Notes under the pieces: generated by a model
The model's input: the letters and a program-made list of their open reading frames with translations, nothing else
Told to the model about the DNA's origin: nothing
Databases searched by the model: none
In this document: one piece after another, positions 55,685-64,000 of the stretch
Layout: the number at the start of each line of letters is the position of its first letter
Position numbering within the stretch: the first letter of the stretch is position 1
Assembly (NCBI RefSeq): GCF_009914755.1
Contig: NC_060927.1
DNA: 64,000 nucleotides
Reading direction: 5' to 3' (one strand)
From: the human T2T-CHM13v2.0 reference genome, Homo sapiens
Program-made: the position numbers and the translations under genes

Positions 55685-55924
55685 CTGGGCACAGTGGCTC
55701 ACGCCTGTAATCCTAGCACTTTGGAGGCCAGGGCAAGCAGATCACTTGAGCTCAGGAGTTCGAGGCCAGCCTTGCCAACATGGCGAAACTCTGTGTCTAC
55801 TAAAAATACAAAAACTAGCCGGAAATCACTTGAACCCAGGAGGTGAAGGTTGCAGTGAGCCAAGATCGCACCTCTGCACTCCAGCCTGGGTGACAGAGTG
55901 AAACCCTGTTTAAAAAAAAAAAAA
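55685..55924 (+). mobile_element. Alu with ~50-bp internal deletion in right monomer
   Basis: tagccgg joined directly to aatcacttgaaccc; TSD core cttgctcca. Confidence 0.92.
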
Positions 55925-56199
55925 GAAACCTTGCTCCACTTTATTAATAAAAGTGACCAGCTTATTCTCATGCCTTACTCAGTGTCCATTGTAAAAAGCT
56001 CTCTATTATCCACTCTGAGGTTATGACACAACATGAATAATTTTAAGACCTAGAAATGTCCTTGGCTGTATAGATCTGCATTGTTCTTAAATCTCTTTCT
56101 AGTTCGATTTTATCTATAAAGTTTACTTTCTGTAGTTTTTGACAGATACTGATAATTCAAAATAGAATATATATGTGTATTGTTTCGTTGCCCTCAAAT

Positions 56200-56400
56200 A
56201 TTTCCATACATTTTTAAAGAATTCTCACAACAGTCTTGCCAGCTGTATAGTATTAGCTCTACTTCCTATGTGTGGAAACTGAATTCCATAGAGGTCATGT
56301 GACTTGAAGGCCACACAGTAATAAAATGACAATGCCAGGACTAGACAGCATGTCCCTTCATTCTCGGTCCAGGATGTTGCTATTGCAAACCACTGCAGCT
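56200..56400 (-). mobile_element. MIR SINE
   Basis: ttctcacaacag...tgtggaaactga...agaggtcatgtgacttg. Confidence 0.65.
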
Positions 56401-56929
56401 TCTAAGCCTCTAAAAATCAATACCACATTCTCTTCAGAATGACACAGAGCCTCTTATAAAGCTGACTTCATCCTGTTCTGCCCCTTATTAACATTAAACA
56501 TCAGTGGCTGAGAGAACGGAGAGAGACTCACATATTCAGCTATTACTAACAATGATTCTGCATTGTGTTAATAGTCACACTGGGAGAAGACCAACCACTT
56601 TGTCAAATTGTAAGGCCTGGACTTTTTTGGGAACTTCTCAGCCTTGCATATTTAAAACTTCCATAGGTACTTTCAGATTATAGAGACAGAAGCTTTTCAA
56701 AAAAATTCCTTTTACACATCCAAACATTAACTATTACAATGTAGTTTTGCACATGAATTCAAAGGACACAGTTCTTTTGAAATAAGGTAGGTTTAAAGTT
56801 AAATAAAAAATACAGAGTTGCAGGCTGAAAGGAGAAAACATAATATTAATAGTGTCTTTCCTTTGAATTAGAGCACTAAACTGAGATTTTGAAAATATCC
56901 TTTTATTCTTTTGAATGTTCTAAGTCCAG

Positions 56930-57760
56930 CGTCTCAAACATACATCTAATCGGAGCTCTCGCAGTTCTGCCCTACCTACCATATAAACCAGATATGTGCA
57001 CTCCCCAGGTTTCCACAAATGGTTAATGGCTTCTTTATTCTTCTTTGGCTCAGGCCCAAAAACCTAGCAGTCATTCTTGACTGCCCTTTCCCTCGCATAT
57101 TACAGCAAAATAAATCTTGAACTTCAGCCCTTCTGATAAACCCTACTGCTCCTCTCCAAATCCTACCCGTATCTTCCTCCAATTGTCACCTAATTGGCTT
57201 CCCCACATTTCCAATCTTTCTCAGTGGCCCCAGGTCAATTCTGTATGCAACAAGCAGAAGAGTCATATTAGCACATCATGCAGACCATGCCATTCTGCTC
57301 TTCTTCAATGGCTTGGCTGCATGGGCTCTGGCCCTGACCTACCTCGCCAGCTTTCTAGCATTCCCCTCTTGCACCGTTCCCCAGGCCATGGTGGTCTTCT
57401 TGTTCATCTTTGAAAAGTCTGTGCTTATTTCCACCTTAAGGCCTTTACATTTGTTAGTCCCTCTGCCAGGCACACACTTCCCCAAGGTCTTTGCAGAGTT
57501 GATTCCTTCAATTCATTCCTTCTCACTGTCACGTCTTCACAGACATGCTCCTGACTCTACCAGAAATATTCCTCCTTCACCTCTCCTCATCTTCTCTGTT
57601 TCCTCCTGCTTATTTTTCTTCATTGCACCTTCACTACCTCACTTCTATTGAATGTTCATTTACTTGTAATCTGTCTCCCCTAGTGAACTCCACTGAAGGC
57701 AGGGACTTCATTCACTGCTCCATCCCTAATGCTTACAGGAGTTCCTGAACAATATTTTCA
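56930..57760 (+). mobile_element. L2 3' region
   Basis: ctcaggcccaaaacctagcagtcattcttgact; aaggcctttacatttgttagtccctctgcc; tgaaggcagggact. Confidence 0.75.
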
Positions 57761-58902
57761 AGTTATAAAGTAATACTTTGTAATTAGAAGTAAAATACAT
57801 GCTTTTGATTAAGCATGAACCAAAACCCCAATTACAGACTAAGAACACTCTGCAAAGTGCAGCTTTAACAAGAGGAAAGAACAAGCTGTCAGGAGAACTG
57901 AGAAGTTAAATGAAGGAAGTGAAAGTTGAGCCGAGCTTGACCTGAAACAAGGCATTACAGAAGCTAAGGAGAAGAGGAGAAATAATGAGAGAAGGAAAGA
58001 AAGACTGAAATTAAAAATACAAAGTTCACTGAGGCCAGCTTCAGTGTCACATAGTACCAGAGAAGAACAAATTCTGTAACTAGCCTTGGAGAGAGGTTTG
58101 GCCCTGGGAACAGCGCTGCCAAGGTTATTACTCTGTAACAGAGCTTTGGGGACTATTTAATGATGATGGCAGGCACTATGCTGAAAGGTTGGCTGCAGGA
58201 GCACCTGAGATAGAAAGTGAACAGCAAAGTGCATGAGATAATGTAGCTTATATCTAGTAGTTGTACAAATGAAAGATTGAAATATTTATTGTTTAGACAT
58301 TTTAAACAGAACAGGCACATGAGTCAGGGACCCAAACTGTTTTTAAAGATCAGGTTTACCAGAATCTAAAATGAGGTTAATTCTAGAATATTCACAAAAA
58401 TAATTCAAAGACAGATGAACTGGCAAAGGGAGGAGGACAAGACAGGGGGTTCTCATGCATATGCCTACCGACTTGACCATCGCTGTGCAAATGGTGTTGT
58501 GAGAGGAAAATAAGAAATCTGAAAATAGAATCAGAAATATTGCTTACTCATCCCCCCAACACACACAAACACACAGACTCAAACAAACTGCATGACACAG
58601 ATGAATATGTCTATATGGAACCAATCAAAGGTCTCTTGATATTCATTTGCTAGCCCAGTGAATTCAAAGCCAGAATCCCTGGGTTCTAGAACAGGTCAGA
58701 TCACCAATTAATTGAGTGGCCTTATGTGTCATTTCACTCCTCTAACCCACTTTCACATGGGTAAAATGAAAGGGTTTAATTAGATCGTTCCTAAAGTCCA
58801 TTCCAATTCTAATAATCCTTGTTTCATAACAAGTGGCATTGATTTGGGATAGGTAAAGTAAATTATAACTGTAACACAGATCCTAAAGATTGATCGATTC
58901 AG

Positions 58903-59214
58903 GGCCAGGTACAGTGGCTCACACCTGTAATCCCAGCACTTTGGGAGGCTAAGGTGGGCAGATTACTTGAGCCCAGGAGTTCAAGACCAGCCTGGGCAAA
59001 ATGGTGAAACCCCATCTCTACAAAAAAAATACAAAAAATTTAGTCAGGCATGGTCATGTAGGCCTGTAGTTCTAGCTACTCACAAGGCTGAGGCAGGAGG
59101 ATAGCTTGAGCCTGGGAAGTTGAGGTGCCAGTGAGCCAAGTTTGGGCCACTGCACTCAACCTGAGTGACAGTGCAAGACCTTGTCTCCAAAAAACAAAAC
59201 AAACAAACAAAAAA
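58903..59214 (+). mobile_element. AluJ
   Basis: cttgagcccaggagttcaagacc and ggaggatagcttgagcctggg J-type diagnostics. Confidence 0.92.
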
Positions 59215-59377
59215 GATCACCTGTTTATTCTACTTGTAGTTAATCAAATATCATTTATTCTTCACTCAACAAACATTTATTGAGTAACTACTTACGCTGA
59301 GTACCACTCTAGGAGTTTCAACAAGGATTAGAGAAAAGTCCCTGTCCTTAAAGAATTCAGTAATAATCTTGTGTCAA

Positions 59378-59614
59378 AGTTCAAGACCAGCTTGTGCAAT
59401 ATAGTAAGATATCATCTCTACAGAAAAATTGTTTTAAAAATTAGCTGGGTGTGGTGGTGTGTGCCTCTGGTGCCAGCTACTTGGGAGGCTGAAGTGGGAG
59501 GATCACATGAGCTTGGGAGGCTAAGGTTGCAGTGAGCAGTGATCGCACCACAATGCTCTGCCTGGGCAATGGAGCGAGGTACTGTCTCAAAACAAACAAA
59601 ACAAACAAACAAAA
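59378..59614 (+). mobile_element. 5'-truncated AluJ
   Basis: Starts at gttcaagaccagc; right monomer and (CAAA)n tail. Confidence 0.88.
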
Positions 59615-60282
59615 CTCTATCAGAGTTTTGACACTGTTGTTTTTAGAGGTTAATTTGTTTTCAGGGATTTGATAAGACTCATTTGGTCAACAGAAATAGG
59701 TTCATTCATTTGCTAAGGTTTATGTGTATGTATTTGTATCTGTGTTCTTATGGAGATCAGGCTGGAATTTTTTCTGCAAAGTTTGTAGACATATGTACAT
59801 TATGTATACATAAATATACATCTCCATGTTTTTGCAAGTCACTGTAGTCTGTCAACTGTGCTAATAATGATAAACATAGTTCATAGCTTAGTCCCACTAG
59901 TTGACTCACAGGTCTTTAGCCTCTATTAGGTTCCACACTTGGCCTTGGACCAAGGGAGGCTATTGCTTGTGCATACAACTTCAAGAAGCCTCTGCGTCCA
60001 CATTGAGGTGAGCCTGCTGGGTGGCTCACACTGACCACAGCCTTTTCCCAGCCTTAAACAGTGCATTAGCCTCTCTTAGGGGTCTTTAGTTCTGATTCTG
60101 ATGCCCATTTATTGGAGAACGAGGTCATTTCTCATTCCTTTCTCCCTTTGAGGATGGTCTCCATCACTTAGAGCTTCTTTTAACAGTCCTCTCTAGAAAT
60201 TTATCTTCTCATTCTACTGATTTGCCACCTATTCTTAGCATTCACTCACTCAATTTTGCCAAGACTTTATGATTCACTTTGA

Positions 60283-60744
<462 letters not shown>

Positions 60745-60959
60745 TAGGATCTGGATGGTCATTTCTTCCTCCTGTGTGCTACCTAGTAACCCAGAAATGT
60801 ATGTTTTATAGAGAAATCCAAAATCTAATTTTTAAAAATAATTATAATCTGTTTCACTTAAAAATACACAAAAACTAGATAACAGGTGAATTATCATTCC
60901 AGTATAAATTACATTTTTCTTATTATTTTGCGAGAGATGCTTAAAATAGCATTCTTTAC

Positions 60960-61848
60960 TGGCAGACATGAAAATGTGCTGCTCAGATCTGCCTTCAAGA
61001 GAGGACTTGCTGTCCAGTTTCAGGGAATGTGGCCAACAGACAGCCTCTATCCATTGCCCGTTCAAGATCTGCATCAGCCACAGAGAGCTGAGGTGATATT
61101 ATTCCTAGGGCTACCCATATTCAGTGACTGGATAAGGTAGAGGTATAAGAGGACGACCTTTTTAGCCCAAGGTGGAACACTCCGATGGGCTCAGAAATGA
61201 GGATTCAGGTCATGCTACCAGGTAAGCTGGGGAGAACAGCAGAAGTAGTAGCTGAGGGGACTCTGGAAAGTTGAGTAGAGGAAGGAGATGAGTTACCAGT
61301 CATTGCCCTGAGACCAGCTTTAGCTATGGCAGCTACAGCTTATACTACTACATTTGCTTTTCTAAGTGTCTCTAAATAAAAGAGGTCCACTAGAGTCCCA
61401 GAGGACCTAATACCCCAATATATGTAGAGAAGAAGATCCAGGGAGCTTAAGGGGTAGACTGTAATAGAAAATGTGCTACCCAGATCTTCCTTCAAGGAAT
61501 AAGGATCTGCACAGCTGCAGGAAGCAGCTGATATCAATCAGCCTTCAATCACTGGCTTCTTCAGAGTTTTCCTTAACAGCAGAGAACCAGGGTCTCATTC
61601 TTCCTGGGTGGCTGGTATCCAATGACTGAGCAAGGTAGAGCAATATGGGGCTGGCCCTCTCAGCCAAGTGCTGGTCAGTGTTTGCTCTGGAGCTCCCATA
61701 GAGTGGACAGAAGCCTTGCCAACCTTGAATCATGGTCTGAACTCTCTTCTTGCCCAATCCTGTTCTTTCCCATTCTCTTCCTGTCATAGACATTTTGCTT
61801 GCCTATCTCCATCTCAGCATCTGCTTCCAGGGAACACAATTTGTGACA
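60960..61848 (+). mobile_element. ERVL remnant: partial LTR16-like LTR, short internal 3' piece, second LTR16-like LTR (~61460-61848)
   Basis: aaaatgtgct..cagatct.ccttcaag occurs at ~60971 and ~61468; purine-rich aaggggtagac precedes the second; ends ccatctcagcatctgcttccaggg...tgtgaca. Confidence 0.65.
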
Positions 61849-63394
61849 CCCTTCTCTCTCACACATGACAATGCCTCTTACTTTGCCACTTCAACTCTTA
61901 TCCTAGAGGACTAGGGAATGGGCAGAACACCTGGGCCAGCAGCCCAGGTGTCTGATAGTCAGTGTGAGGAGCTGGAAAAGGCAGGAATAAAATTATTTCA
62001 ATGCTTTTTCACTTTTCATCTCAGTTCCCAGTCAGAGGTACCATCATTGATGGCATGGAAGATTTTGATGGTCTGATGTACGCCTTACTGTTTAAGGTAA
62101 CAGGCAAATCTTTAATAACAAATCCAATTTTAGATGTTGTGAGGGTACTGGTTGGCTAATTAAATTTTACCGTAAATCCTTTAGTGAAGAAAATAATGGC
62201 CTTTTAATCTGTTTTACAAATATAGATTTTCATATCTCAGAATTAAATTATATTTAAAAAAACTAAAATAAAGTAGCTATTTTGATTAATGCTACCTAGA
62301 GACTTAGAAAGGGGACAGTAAGAAAGCTACTCTTACCATTATCCAAAAATATATATATATTTGAATATTTGCACTTCCACTTAACATTCTCTCCACATTG
62401 AAGATAACCATTCCTTCCTCTTTTCCAACCTTTAAACCATCCCCCATTCCCATCTCTATCTCTGGCTTCTACTCCTTTTAATCAAGCTTAGTCTTGTCCT
62501 CCTTAGACTGACACACAGAATTCTGGAGACTGACTTAGAGCGCTGGCTTTGCCCCAGGATCAGGGCAAGGAGGAGGGCAGCCAAGCTAGCTGGTTCAGCA
62601 CTTCTGCAGCATAGCCGAGAACCACACAGATGGAGCAGAGCTTCTACCCCTCAGGCCTTTCCACTTGTTCACAAAACATTCCAAGTGAGGGCTGAGAAGT
62701 CTTATCTCCTCTCTTCGTGTTTACTCCTTCATCCATATATTGAGGACATTCATAGGCACAAGCTTCCTGTGAAGCTTAAATGAGATGGCAAATATGAGAG
62801 TCCAGCACATCAACCTGCTAAAAACAATGGCTATGTGTGTCCATATATATTTGTTCACTCATTTCTGCCCCTCTATCAGGAATGTATATAGGTATAATGA
62901 ATGCTTTTATTTAAGCCCACATACCTGCTGCAACTAGCAGAGTAAAAGAGAGGGCATCCTTTCAGAGGCAGGATTTCCTGATGGACTAAAGCTGTTTTAC
63001 CCTCACTGCTCTGCAGTAAAACTGTCCCCCACCCCTGGAGATTCCAAGCTCTCCATTATAATACTCCAAGGTGCCCCCAGTTCTACAGGGAGGGTAAAAA
63101 GTACTCAAGTAGCCCACACTAACTCTCTTTAAATAAAAACCACCACAAAAACAAAAACCTTCATAGCCTTTGAGAATTTCGATGGCACCTACTGTAATCA
63201 AATATACAAAATAAGAGGTTACCAGTTTGTAAAATCTCGTAATTACATATTTTTATTTGCCATTGATTATTTACTATATGCCAGGAACAGTGCACTTTAC
63301 ATGCATTCTTTCAATTCATCTGCCTTATAACTCTGTGAGGTAAAGGAGTGGATACTTAGAGAAGTTATGTAACTAGCATAAATGTAACTGGTCA

Positions 63395-63740
63395 GCAGTA
63401 GACTTACTGTAAAGTTAATGGAGCTTAGGCTCTAGTTCCTTCACTTGCAGGAGTCCCTTCTAAGGCCCTGCAAGAAGCCCTAGCATCATGTTCACATGGT
63501 AGTATGTTTGAACTAAATTTGCAAAAGCTAGGTATTTTAACAGAAATCAGTGAAGGCTGTTTTCTCTTTTCATTCCAACTTCCTCACCATCACACTCCCC
63601 CTCATGGCATTGGAGTGGTTGGTCATGGATATTTTGGGGAGATGACTAAGGGCTAGTTGAATTGAGGATACATTTAGTTGGGGTTTAGTGGCGTACTTAT
63701 ATTTGGTTAAGTCATCACTAGCCACTCCAGTGTAGGAATT
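63395..63740 (+). mobile_element. hAT-Tip100-type DNA transposon fossil (MER115/Zaphod-like)
   Basis: cttactgtaaagttaatggagcttagg...cacttgca...aaggccctg...ggatacatttagttgggg matches recalled consensus. Confidence 0.6.
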
Positions 63741-64000
63741 CACTGTGTCAGCTCATCTGGCAGGTCCAGAAGTTGGATCACAAAATGGATCTGACCTGCA
63801 CAGCCGGCCCTGGGAGTATCCAAGTAATAGAGGAAAGACAAGGTTTAAAGTGTGTGGAGTCAAAAGCTAGTCTATGGAAAATGCTCCTCCAAATCTTACT
63901 GTTCACATATGGAGGGAGTTTAACACAGGTTTTTCCAAATTCTGCAACAATTCTAAAAATCATCACCAATGATGATCTATGGAACCAAAAGACACTTTTC

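Overview
AT-rich, CpG-poor primate (human-like) genomic DNA, intergenic or deep-intronic, and mostly decayed transposable elements. I can support no intact protein-coding gene, RNA gene or prokaryotic-type system; nearly all ORF-track entries are chance ORFs or translate Alu, L1 or LTR sequence. The main structure is a two-LTR MER61-type ERV1 provirus (6705-15101). It has a tRNA-Ile PBS, a PPT, p53-response-element arrays in both LTRs and apparently intact splice sites, and it contains a nested Alu and a full-length THE1. Also present are a near-full-length old L1M element (~35.2-42.5 kb) with four nested insertions, several truncated L1PA/L1PB/L1M copies, about a dozen Alus, MaLR/ERVL LTRs, DNA-transposon fossils and MIR/L2. 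The most interesting non-repeat signals are two exon-like segments on the minus strand (3364-3416; 44422-44580, open in frame), a 13-bp-arm palindrome containing an ERE-like IR3 (54725-54757), an L1 insertion with a quasi-palindromic TSD, and local tandem duplications. Subfamily names come from recalled consensus sequences and need RepeatMasker/Dfam confirmation; boundaries of old elements are approximate.
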